A program made the position numbers and the translations under genes. A DNA stretch of 64,000 nt, from the NCBI RefSeq assembly GCF_006345805.1, contig NC_043000.1:109678001-109742000 (forward strand), in the 5' to 3' direction. The notes beneath the pieces were generated by a model. It saw only the letters and a program-made list of their open reading frames with translations, was not told where the DNA came from and searched no databases. The stretch is from Octopus sinensis (Eukaryota). This document shows, piece by piece, positions 51,421 through 63,594 of the stretch (position 1 is its first letter; each line of letters opens with the position of its first letter).

Positions 51421-52979
51421 CATATAGAACAAGCTTCTTCTACAACAGCCTCCGACCAATAGATGCCCTATGAGTGAAGTTGGGAGATGGATACTGTATG
51501 GAAGCCCATCATATGTGTGTGTCTTTGTGTTTCTGTTTCCCCCTTACATTATGTAACATAGTTTAGCTAAAGAAACTGATGGAATAAATAATAGACATAA
51601 AAATGAACACAATGTCAATACATCAAAGCTGTTTTCTTTGCTTTCTATGGAAGTTCGTGCAGAATTTTCTGTAAAGCTTCAGTAAAAATTATGAAGCCTT
51701 GCTCTCAGTTACAGACTTAAAATTAGCTAATAGCAAGCTCTGTCGATGACAGCAGTCCAACGGAGGCCTCAAGAGACATTTTAAGATCAAGAAAGAGCAG
51801 AACTTATCTGCAGCTCTTGGTGCGGAGGTGCAATCTATGTGGGTGTCTTTCCAGAACATTGTCTGGGCATGATGGTGCTAAGGTGTAGATACAGGAGGTG
51901 GTCAAACTCTGCATAAGGAGTAGACAACCACCATATATATATATATAAAATCCAGATTTAAAACACTGGATGATGATGATGATGTCAGCAAAGAAAAATC
52001 AACATAAACAATGATGATTGTTACTATGCGCACACACACACACACATACACGACAGGCTTCTTTCAGTTTCTGTCTACCAAATCCACTCACAAGGCTTTG
52101 GTTGGCCCGAAGCTATAGTAGAAGACACTTGCCCAAGGTGCGATGCAGTGGGACTGAACCCAGAACCATATGGTTCATAAGCAAGCTTCTTACCCCACAG
52201 CCACTCCTACACCTGTGTGTTTACAAATTGGAAGGAAAATGCTCGTAATAAAGTCTACACATAGCTGCATGTGCATGCACGCACACATGTATATGCATAG
52301 TAACAATCATCATTGTTTATGTTCATTTTTCTTTGCTGACATCATCATCATCATCATCATCCAGTGTTTTAAATCTGGATTTTGTCCCTGTGGTGGTGGG
52401 GGGGTGGGGGCAGATCTACTTCAGTGCCATAGCAACTGCCCTCACACCACCTCACCATCTTGCCCGGTTTTGGGCTTCCTCCTTTTTCAAACCAACCCTC
52501 CCAATTTCCTCCTCCACTTATCCCCTCCACCTTTTCCTCGGTCTACCTCGCTTTTGCACTCCATTTACCTCAAACGCAATCACCCTCCTCAGAACATGCT
52601 CATACCACCTCACTCCATTCGCCCTTGCTAACCATTCCATGTTTCCATTAATTTTGGAAACAAGCAATTTAAAGGAATTTATTAAAATAGCCACTTGTTC
52701 CTTCCATTAATTCGGCATTTTGACATAAAAGGTTCTTGAAGAAAATTATGTGATTTAAACATGAATAAGACACTGTTGTATAAAAATAATAAAAAAACCC
52801 ATCTTCATTACTTATTTTTTCTCATCATTTTCTGCCCCCAAATATTCTCCTTGTTCTGTGTTCAAACTGGCCATATCTGGCCTCTCTTACCTGCCCTACA
52901 ATGTCATTCTAAAAATAAACAATCACATCATTGAAATCTCAAAGACACAAGATATTACATGATTGCTTCAAAACAATCA

Positions 52980-53370
52980 TCATCATCATCATTATCGTGT
53001 AACATCCATTTTCCGTGCTAGCACAGGTTGGATGGTTCGACCAGGTTCTGGGAAGCCATGGAGGCTGCACCAGGCTCCAATCTGATCTGGCAGAGTTTCT
53101 GCAGCTGGATGCCCTTCCTAACGCCAACCACTCCGTAAATGTAGTGGGTGCTTTTTATGTGCCACTGGAGGCTGGCAGCGGCCACGATTGGTTGGTGCTT
53201 TTTACGTGCCACCTGCACAAAAGCCAGTCAAGGCGGCGCTGGCATCGGCCACGTTCGGATGGTGCTTTTTGCGTGACACTGGCACAGGGATCACAGCTAC
53301 AATTTCCATTTGATATTTATTTTGATGTTAATGTACTTGACTCAATAGGTCTCCTCAAGCACAATGTAAG
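52980..53370 (-). mobile_element. RTE 3' UTR/tail copy with VNTR
   Basis: Paralog of 21340-21720 and 29040-29430. Confidence 0.85.
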
Positions 53371-53815
53371 TAAATAAGGATTACATTTGACCAAACAGTC
53401 TGAAATGCTAAACAAATAAAATCACCTTGTAGACAATAAAACAGAAGAAAAGAGGATGTCACCATGTGTCTTTTATAAAGTCTTGGGGGTATTTATTGAT
53501 TAAGTACCACTTATGCAGATCAGATTAAATAAGAAGAAACAGCTTATATAAATCCTCTCCCACCCCTTGTATAATTTCATGAAACATTATTGAGACTGAA
53601 TTAACAAACAAACAAACAAATCTAGACTTGATAGTGCTCCCCCCACCCCCACCCTACCATACTCCTACTCTCTCTGCTATTTTAGGGTTCTATGTAATAA
53701 AATGATGTTTTCTGACAGGTTGTATAACCAAAGAATTAAGTGGGTAGAAGTTATTAGTCTGCTCTGCATGTGTGCATGCATTCTGAAGAATTGAAGATTA
53801 TCATTATTGTTGTTG

Positions 53816-53849
<34 letters not shown>

Positions 53850-53853
<4 letters not shown>

Positions 53854-54460
53854 TAAGGTAGCAAGCTGGCAAAATCATTAGTATACTGGACAAAATGCTT
53901 AACGATATTTCACCCTTCTCTATGTTCTGAGTTCAAATTCTGCCATGGTCGACTTTGCCCTTCATCCTTTCGGGATCAATTAAAGAAGTACCAGTTACAC
54001 ACTGGGGTTGATTAAAGAAGTACCAGTTACACACTGGGGTCGATGTAATCTACTTAATCCCTTCCCCCAAATTTCAGGCCTTGTGCCTACAAAGGCAGTG
54101 AGTCTGTAGAATTGTTGGCATGCTGGATGACATGCTTAGTGGTATTTCACCTGTCACTACATTCTGAGTTCAAATTCCATTGAGGTTGACTTTGCCTTTC
54201 ATCCTTTCGGGGGGTCGATAAAATATGGACCATTTGAATCGACTCCTCCCCTCCCCCCAAATGACTGCCCTTGTGGAAAAATTTGAAACCATTATTGTTG
54301 TTAAGGCAGTGAGCTAGCACAATCGTTAGCATGCTGAACAGTATGCAGCATTTCGTCCACTTTTACATTCTGTGTTCAGATTCTACCAAGGTCAACTGTG
54401 CCTTTTATCCTTTCAGTGTGGAGCACTGGGGGTCGATGTGATCAACTAGGCCCCCACCCC
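53850..54460 (+). mobile_element. Stack of 3 second-family SINE copies; 32-bp internal duplication near 53980-54045
   Basis: Heads at about 53855, 54090 and 54302; first copy follows a long (TTA)n. Confidence 0.75.
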
Positions 54461-56820
54461 ATCCCGCCCCAAAGATTATTTTATTTTGTATTGAAAGATG
54501 AAAGAGATGAAGTCACTCATTGACTTTCATTATTCCTGGAGAACAGGATGTGGAAAGAGAATCAATATATTAAGTTTTAGAAAAACTTTGGGACCATTAT
54601 GAGATGCTTTGATTGTTTCATTCCACAAAGATCTGTGGAATGTGTCTAAATTAAAAATCATGACCATTATTTTCTTTCACTTTTATTCTTTAATTTGTTT
54701 TAGTCATTGGATTGTGGCCATTCTTGGGCACTGCCTTGAAGGGTTTTACTTTACCAAATCATCTCCAGCACATTGTTTTTTAAACATTTTTTTTTGTTCT
54801 GTTGGTCATTTCTTGTTGAACTGTTAAGTTACAGGGACATAAGCAAGCCAATGCCAGTTGTATAGCAATAGGAGCAGGACACACACACACACAGATACAG
54901 TTAATCTACAATGGGCTTCCACACAGTTTTCATCTACCATATTCATTCACAAGATATTGTTCAACCTGTGGCTGTAGAAGACGCCCGAGGTACTGTGCAG
55001 TGGGACATGGTCACAAAACGAGCTTCTTAACTTCTTCACCTGACAGCTATGCTCGTACCTTATTTTTTATTTTTTTTGTTTTTCTGGATTAAAGGCAGTC
55101 TCTCCAATCCTTTATCGGAAGGAAGATCCCCTTAAATCTTAGATCTGGTTTGAATAATTACAACAGAATAGACTCCACTAAATGTACCAAAAGTGCCTGG
55201 TGGTGTTAAAATGGGTGATGGATTGTGCCACATGGTCCCAAGGTGAGCTTCTTAACGACACCCCTGTGTCTCAGTCTTCCAGGATTTATTCGCATCATTT
55301 TACATTCAGGTTTCAAACCCCATTCAGGAATGGGTCTATGTTTAATCCTGTTCAACATCAATTGAAATGAGTAGCAATGATGCAATGGGTTCAATTCTGA
55401 CTTCATTTCTTCACAATAAACTCGTGGCCTTCATCCAGTATGAGAAATGGTTGTGGCAGCTGAGACGCCAGTGGTTGTTGTTGTTGTTCTCTATACAGTT
55501 GTTGTAAACATGTTGTTACATGAATTTTCTTTATTCTTCTCTTTGAATAGCAAACAAACAAAATATAATTTTGCTTTGTCTCCTCTGAAGAAGTTATTGT
55601 CATTAGTAAATTTAATGAGCAATTAGTCTATCCTGAATGTACTTGTATCTACTCCAAATGAAATGTTCTACATTCCAAAACACAGAACCAGTCTCAGTCA
55701 GCCATTAATAGCTGCTGCTTGCCAATTCTTGTTTTGGCTGATTGTTGGGGCATTGACCATCTCGTGTTTCATCCTTGGACAAGCAAAATGGATCAAATAT
55801 CTGGACTTATGGACTCTTTCTGTAGGAGTTTAAATTTGCTGCAGGTATAACTGTGTGGTCAAAAGGTTTGCTTCCCAAACCAGCAGTCTTGGGGTTCAGT
55901 TCCACTGCATGGCACCTTGGACAAATGTCTTTGACTATAGCTCCAGATCAGCTAAAGCCTTGTAAATGGATTTTGGTTGACAGAAACTAAATGCAGCCTG
56001 TTATATTCTCACAGGTGTGACTGTGTGGTTATAAGTCTGCTTCCCAACCACATGATTCTAGGTTCAATCCCACTTCATGGCACCTTGGGCAAGTGTCTTC
56101 TACAACAGCCTCAAGCTGATCAAGGCCTTGTGAGTGGATTTGGTAGACAGAATCCAAAAGAAGCCCATCATGTGTGGGATCACAGGTTGGGAACTACTGT
56201 ATTAAACCAACACTATGTCTTCCCATTAAATGCCTTATCATTTACATACTCCTCTCTGTATTTTTCCTTACCATTTAAAAAAATTTTTTTTCTCTTATTT
56301 CATCTGCCTCTCCCTCCTACCCCCCCCCCACCTTGTAAACTAACAAATACCTACACCAACATACACCTCTAGTACTTCATACTGTAAACACCACACGCAA
56401 TATACATTCCTCAGTTGAAAACCAGTAGCTGCCACCACACTTCTTCCCCATTTTTTTCCTGTTTTCTTCATGCACACGTATTTTTTCTCCCCCTTTGACC
56501 AAAAGCATTTCCCCACCTTCTTCCCTCCACATTATTTTTTTTCTAATACCACTCCACTCGCTGATTTCTGTGAGTTGGCCAAAACAACCCCATTGAATAT
56601 ACTACCAGTCGAACGACTCTGCTTAAATTCCTCATTCTTCTCACTCATATTTTTTCCTTCTTTTTTCAATCCTTTCTTTCTACATTCATCTTCTCCTCTC
56701 CTTCTCTGCTCTCTACACATTCTGATTGAATCTTCCATGTCTAAACATTGTACCTCCATGTGACAATGTAAACTTCCTATTTAATCAAGATATCCTTGAC
56801 CTGAAGAGTAACCTGTGATT

Positions 56821-57472
56821 GGATACGGCACTTTGGTCTAAACCGCTTTTGTCCAAGACACTTTGGTCTAAAAGCATTTTCATCTAAAGACATTTTCATC
56901 TTAGCATTTTTGTCTAAAGACAAAAAAGATTATTCAACTCCACCTGTCTAACACCCGTGGACATGTTTACAAAGTCAGAAAACAGCACAGCTCCCATGAT
57001 TTTCGGAAACATTTTTTTCATGCTAAGAGTTGTTGAAGTATGGAACAAACTGCCGGCATCAGTTGTTAGTTGTCGGAGCACTGCATCCTTCAAAACTTCC
57101 ATGCTTCCTGAGATTTGCCAACACTACACCTGATTTTCTCCCCTCCATACACACGCAAGCATGTATCTGACTCATACACTGTTCGCTTTCCAGACATTTC
57201 TACATTACTGCATATTCTTTATATGCACTTTTGACAAGTTGTGGTGCAGCTGAACACTGTATACAATATTTTCATTATTATTATTATTATTTAGATCTTT
57301 TACATTTTTTTTTTTGAGATTCTGTAGACCAAAGTGAGTTTTGACAAACATGACTTTACACTAAGGGGCATTTAGACAAAAAATGTCTTTAGACTGTAGT
57401 GTATTTAGACAAAAGTCACTTTAGACCAGAGTGCATGAGACCGAAGTGTTTTAGATGAAAAGTCCTAGGTCC
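56821..57472. mobile_element. MULE-like MITE with inverted 15-bp subrepeat arrays and a 9-bp near-TSD
   Basis: cacttt(g/t)gtctaaa units left, tttagac(c/a)aaagtg-like units right; flanks CCTGTGATT / CCTGTGATA; GG...CC termini. Confidence 0.65.
56915..57290 (+). mobile_element. CR1 LINE 3' end nested in the MITE
   Basis: NTRGHVYKVRKQHSSHDFRKHFF...RVVEVWNKLPASVV, then 3' UTR and (ATT)n tail. Confidence 0.85.
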
Positions 57473-57588
57473 CCTGTGATACACACCTTGCTTGGATATT
57501 TACCACTTCTGAGGTTCTGCGCACTATGAAACATTTGTAGCCCGGATCTTATCCATTCCCTTCCTTAACTCTGTATGTATATGTATGC

Positions 57589-57653
<65 letters not shown>

Positions 57654-57850
57654 AAAGAATAAATAGTCAAAAGTAAGATGGAGTATGATTTGACAGTTGT
57701 TTAATGACTACTACATATGTTTCGATACAACATAGATCCATATATATATATATATATATATACGTAAGTGCTTGATTTCGATGCTCTCACATCCAACTTG
57801 TTCCTTTGAATCTAGCATGTATATATTTTTATATATATATATATATACAA

Positions 57851-58720
57851 TTTCAACAATTGAGGGTAAAATTAATTAATTATTAATCAGTTTCACCAAG
57901 TGTTCAGTATGTAAAGGGACCATTATAGGCGAATTCAAAATATTACATTATATATAAGGGCTTAGTAAAATAAATTACTTTGCCACATACTGAACTCATT
58001 AGAAATAGCAGCTAAAGAAATTTCTTCAGCTATTTCTAATACTTAAAGAAGATCTCTCTCAGATAGTGTTTGCCTAAACCAACTCACAAAAGTATGGGGG
58101 AAAAAACATTAAAAAATCAAGTGCAAAGGTTATTTGAGAACGTACGTTTCTAGATTAGTCAATTCGACATTTCTTTCTTCAGCTCAGAATTCCTTGAATC
58201 GGATTGGGAACACTTAAAGTCGGGAGCATACCCTTTCGGCTTCTAATCACCTATAGAATTCTGCTCGAACTAAAAGTGCTATCAAATTCGAATATGCAAG
58301 CGAAGAATTTCTGCTCTCCCCTTTCCACCAGCGTGGGTTTAAAATTGACAAACACCAAGTATTAACAGTGAAGACCGCAGAATTTAGCTAAGAGAGATGA
58401 ATTATAATTTCAACAATTGAGGGTAAAATTAATTAATTATTAATCAGTTTCACCAAGTGTTCAGTATGTAAAGGGACCATTATAGGCGAATTCAAAATAT
58501 TACATTATATATAAGGGCTTAGTAAAATAAATTACTTTGCCACATACTGAACTCATTAGAAATAGCAGCTAAAGAAATTTCTTCAGCTATTTCTAATACT
58601 TAAAGAAGATCTCTCTCAGATAGTGTTTGCCTAAACCAACTCACAAAAGTATGGGGGAAAAAACATTAAAAAATCAAGTGCAAAGGTTATTTGAGAACGT
58701 ACGTTTCTAGATTAGTCAAT
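57851..58720 (-). mobile_element. Head-to-tail partial tandem of a 557-bp hammerhead-bearing unit
   Basis: 57851-58163 repeated at 58408-58720; abuts (TA)n on the left. Confidence 0.85.
58135..58186 (-). ncRNA. Minimal hammerhead-like motif
   Basis: Minus: TGAG-CTGAAGA-AAGA...TCTA-GAAA-C-GTAC-G-TT-CTCA. Confidence 0.55.
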
Positions 58721-59434
58721 ATATCTATGTCTGTCCCTTTTTCACAAACAGTAGCTTTCAAGTTTACTTTGACATTTTACCATTGAAGTCCATCTCTCAG
58801 CCAACATTACAGCTCAAGGTTACAGCTATTTCTGTTTGGAAGTGTGTGTGTGTGTGTGTGTTTGATGAATTCTAGTACAGGTCAAAAACAAACTAACATG
58901 TTTTACAATTACAAAAATACACTCTGTCCATTATTTTACTATTTCGATAATGTTTATATTTAAAATATTTAAATATTTAATTACTTGCGTAACATTCAGC
59001 TGTGGACTGTGGATAACACACACACACACTCTCTCTCTCTCTCTCTCACACACCTATCTATCTATTTGTTTAGTGTTGCTGTTTGATGCCACTCTTTCGG
59101 AATTCCTCCCCCATACTCTTTGTGTAATCTATCCAACACTGGTTGTTAAGTGATGGGGGTGGAGGACAAACACCTATAATAACACTTACATAATACATAC
59201 ATACATACATACATACGTGAGTGTGTGTACATGCATGCATGCATGTGTGAGTGTGCCCTTACTTTGATATCATGTGATGGTTGTAAATGAACATCACATT
59301 CATGCAGGCAGTGTACTTGATTTGTAGTCTTCTGTGAAAAACATGTCTGGCTGTTGGGAAATATTACCTTGTTTAGAAACGGGTGAGGGTTAGCAAGAAG
59401 AAGGGTATTTGCCTACAAATGGTGATCGTGATTT

Positions 59435-59472
<38 letters not shown>

Positions 59473-59519
59473 GTGAATTGAAGAAATGGAGCTGAACGCA
59501 GATTGAACAGAAATCGTTT

Positions 59520-59612
59520 TATTTCATTCTACACGTGTTTCGAAAGGCACAATTTACCAAAATCCGATTGAATAATGGGACCATATTGTGTCTTTCTCTT
59601 CAGGAAGAAATA
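59520..59612 (-). ncRNA. Mirror-image copy of the same hammerhead
   Basis: Exact reverse complement of 59705-59797. Confidence 0.8.
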
Positions 59613-59704
59613 GGAAATAGAGTTTCGCCATGGGCTCTTAGGAGCCTAGTTCGATTTGTTTTGCTCCACCTCTGTTCTGTTTTTGTTTTTTCCAACGGAT
59701 TTCC

Positions 59705-59797
59705 TATTTCTTCCTGAAGAGAAAGACACAATATGGTCCCATTATTCAATCGGATTTTGGTAAATTGTGCCTTTCGAAACACGTGTAGAATGAAATA
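59705..59797 (+). ncRNA. Type I hammerhead ribozyme, canonical core
   Basis: TATTTC-TTC / CTGAAGA / GAAAGACACAAT...ATTGTGCCTTTC / GAAA-C-ACGT-G-TA / GAA-T-GAAATA; predicted cleavage after 59787. Confidence 0.8.
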
Positions 59798-60224
59798 AAA
59801 CGATTTCTGTTCAATCTGCGTTCAGCTCCATTTCTTCAATTCACCAATAATATTTTAATTTCAATTATCCGCACCAACGCACGGTTGCAACACCATATGG
59901 TTGTACCTCCAACCGTGCTGTTTACTGCTGTGATTTTTGCTACCAAGGTATCGGTTAAACTTTTGATTAATCTACTACAAGATTATTCATCTTTCTATTT
60001 CACATAATATATATATATATACATATATCACTTTTGTTGCCAGACTGTTGGATGTTGCTTTGAATCCAAGGGCCACAGCATTTCATCCATTCCGTTCTTG
60101 ATCTTGCCCTCCTCCACTGCGGTCCCATATTCTCTTTACATTGTCAATCCATCTGAGTGGAGGCCTTCCTGGTGGTTGTATGTCTGTGTATGTATGTATG
60201 TATATCTATCTATCTATCTATCTA

Positions 60225-60305
<81 letters not shown>

Positions 60306-60308
<3 letters not shown>

Positions 60309-60491
60309 TAAAACAAAGGGAAGTTGTAAGATACTGCACAAGTGGAAATATATATATATATGAAAGAAGGTTTGAAAATGCAATTTTAAGATGTTTATTG
60401 ACTTGACCGGTTTCACTTTTTTAGAAAAAGATTGAAACCGTCAAGTGAATAAACATCTTTAAAATTGCCTTTTCAAACCTTCTTTCATATA

Positions 60492-60570
<79 letters not shown>

Positions 60571-60746
60571 TAAAACAAAGGGAAGTTGTAAGATACTGCA
60601 CAAGTGGAAATATATATATATATGAAAGAAGGTTTGAAAATGCAATTTTAAAGATGTTTATTGACTTGACCGGTTTCACTTTTTTAGAAAAAGATTGAAA
60701 CCGGTCAAGTGAATAAACATCTTTAAAATTGCCTTTTCAAACCTTC

Positions 60747-60752
<6 letters not shown>
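60306..60752. repeat. Tandem pair (period 262) of ~130-bp hairpins separated by (TA)n
   Basis: Each hairpin has ~56-bp arms ending ...ttgaccggtttca / tgaaacc(g)gtcaa... Confidence 0.9.
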
Positions 60753-60795
<43 letters not shown>

Positions 60796-60809
60796 GAGAG
60801 AGAGAGAGA

Positions 60810-61420
60810 GAGGACAGCTGTGTAAAGAAGTGCCGATCTCTGTGGAAGAAACCTATGGTAGAGGTAGACCCAGGATGACATGGGATAAAGTGGTGAAGCA
60901 TGATCTTCGAACTGGGAGCCTCACAGAGGCAATGACTTGTGACCAAGACCTTTGGCAATGTGTTGTGCTTGAGAGGACCCATCAAGCCAAGTGTACCCCT
61001 GCTGGCAGCATGTAAAGAACATCTTTTGAACATTGGGCCTCACAGAGACAAAGTGGCTGAGTTCCTTTTGAGCGTTGGACTTCACAGAGGCAATGGCCAA
61101 GACCTTTGGCATTATGTCGTACATGGGAAGACCCATCAAGCCAAGCAAAATCACAGTTGTGGCAACTACCAATGTCATGCAAATTGGCATGCATGCCAGG
61201 GGCACATAAATGCACCCTGGTGTCATGAAAATGGCACCTGTGCCAGTAGCATGTAAAAGCACCCATTACACTCTCATAGTGGTTGGCATTAGGAAGGGCA
61301 TCCAGCTGTAGAAAACCATGCCAAATCAGACTGGATCCTGGTGCAGCCTTCCAGCATGCCAGCCCAGTCAAACCATCCAACCCATGCCAGCAAGGACAAC
61401 GGATGTTAAATGATGATGAT
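60810..61420 (+). mobile_element. RTE 3' region with partly duplicated RT C-terminus and tail
   Basis: RGRPRMTWDKVVKHDLRTGSLTEAM followed by the tail family. Confidence 0.85.
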
Positions 61421-63119
61421 GTGACAAACTTCCATATAGTTTCTCTCAACCAAATCCACTCAGAAGGCACTGGTCAGCTTGGAGATATAGTAGAAGACAC
61501 TTGCCCAACGTGCTGTGCAGTAGGAGTGAAATCAGAACCATGTGGTTGCCAAGCAAGCCTCTTAACCACACAGCCATGCCTGCTCCGAGATAAACTCGTT
61601 AAATGAAAAGTACCATCCTAAGGAATATAGATGTAGGCATGATTGTGCAGTTAATGAGCTTGGTTTACAACCACATTGTTTTAGGTTCAATTCCAATGCC
61701 ATGATACCTTGGACCAGTGTCTTCTATTATAGCCCTGGGTCAGTCAATGCCTTGCATGTGAATTTGGACTCCTCTGAGTCTTGAATGCCTTAAACCAGTT
61801 TATACCGTTTGCTTTGTACTTGACAGGTTCTACCATCCTGGGTCAGAGCAGACCTGGGAGTAATGGTGACCCCATACTCCTCTAAACTCCTTACTCTTCC
61901 AAACTCCTAAGTTCCCCAAGCTGCAAAGCCTCACCACCGTTGTTCTCCGTCTTGTCTTTTCTGTATCATTTCATTTTGAATTGCTGTCCAACCCAAGATA
62001 CTTTGTCCTTTCATTCTTCACAGGTCAATAACATCCAATGCCAATAATAGGCAGAGACCGATTCCATTCACTGTCCTCCTTTCCCTTCGGATATTGGCCT
62101 TGTGCCTAATCAAAACAAATCAATATTACAGTTAATGTTGTGGTTTCAAATTATTTCTCCTCCCCCTCCCTCTCATTCAGAATGTATTTAAGTGTGTGTG
62201 TGTGTGTGTGTGTGTGCATGCGTGAGTATTTAAGCTTAAACTGTTATGCAGCAGATGTAAACGTTTGTTTTATTTCTTTAGCCTTTTTTTTTATTGGCAA
62301 ATTTATCTGACTGTTTTCTTTATTTTATTTCCTGTTTTAACTTAAATATGTCATTGAGACATGGAAATAGTTCTGTCTTCTTTACAATTTTTAAATAATG
62401 TCTTTGAAAATGCTTCGTTTGTTTCCCATCTGTAATGTCAGAATTAAAACAAATCTGAACTTTGCATAACATGTTTCTATCTAGCTTGTTCTTTGAATGG
62501 TTTTTAAAAAATCAATGTTTCTAAAGCAAAGCAGTGATTCAATGGTTCTGTTTGGATAGAATCTGTTGAACAAACAGTCCTGTTGATATATATGGGTGTA
62601 TAGGAGTGTGGAATGGTAAAATGTGCTTAGTTCAGGGAAACCCCAATGAGTCAGACAAAAGGAGAATTTGGAAACAAGACTAAATATGTATTTATTTTTT
62701 TATGTTGAATAAATTTGCCTCTTTGAGATTAATTAGGCGATATGTAATTTTTCTTGAATATTCACTAATTAACAAAATCTAAAAGCAAATGGTTAATTCT
62801 AAACAAACACACACACACACATAAATATATACATACTATATATATATAAATTTTACAATTTAAAAATAGGTTATAAAATTTATCAAATAGTTAGCGTTAA
62901 AAAACCTCATAAGGGAAAAATTTATTAATTTTTCCCTTTGAATATTTATATTAAGGGTATTACTATACATAAATGCCTCACACTAGGAGGGACCCTTAAA
63001 GTAAAAACTACCATAATAAATAAGTACATTGTACCGAATGCGAGGGAATGCAACTCACGAAGCGAGCCTTTTAAAAACAGATTCAGCCGTAGATCTGCGG
63101 CTGAATATAAATAAAAATA

Positions 63120-63300
63120 TGGCACGTAAAAAACACCCACTACACTCGCGGAGTGGTTGGCGTTAGGAAGGGCATCCAGCCGTAGAAACACTGCCAGATC
63201 TGACTGGGCCTGACGAAACCTTCCAGCTTCACAGACCCCAGTTGACCCGTCCAACCCATGCTAGCATGGAAAGCGGACGCTAAACGATGATGATGATATA
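63120..63300 (+). mobile_element. Young RTE 3' tail fragment
   Basis: Family motif with CpGs retained. Confidence 0.8.
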
Positions 63301-63594
63301 TAATGTAAGATCTAGGGATCAAGATGTAGGAAGAAAGTTAGCTTCAAGCAATGCGTAGTAAATATAAAAAACAACTTTCAGGGAAAAGTGTGGTTTATTG
63401 AAATGGAAGGTTGTAGATTTTTTTTTCCATGTCAATGAGCGATAAGCTGAAGAAAGTTCTTTTTATATTTCATGGTAGGTGACCAGGGTTGCCGGATGTG
63501 CGAATATGAATGGAGTAGAATAGTTAAGGGCAAGGATATCTTGATTAAATGAATATGATACCCTTGGCCTGAAGAGTAGCCTGCGATATACATC

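Larger units (their letters stand above)
59464..59853. mobile_element. Perfect 155-bp inverted repeat (arms 59464-59618, 59699-59853), Penelope inverted pseudo-LTR-like
   Basis: Arms identical base for base, 80-bp spacer, abuts (TA)n. Confidence 0.9.

Noticed and set aside
55140-55830. Several 55-65 aa ORFs and a CAAG|GTGAGC donor
   Set aside because: Weak acceptors, conflicting strands, no homology recognised.
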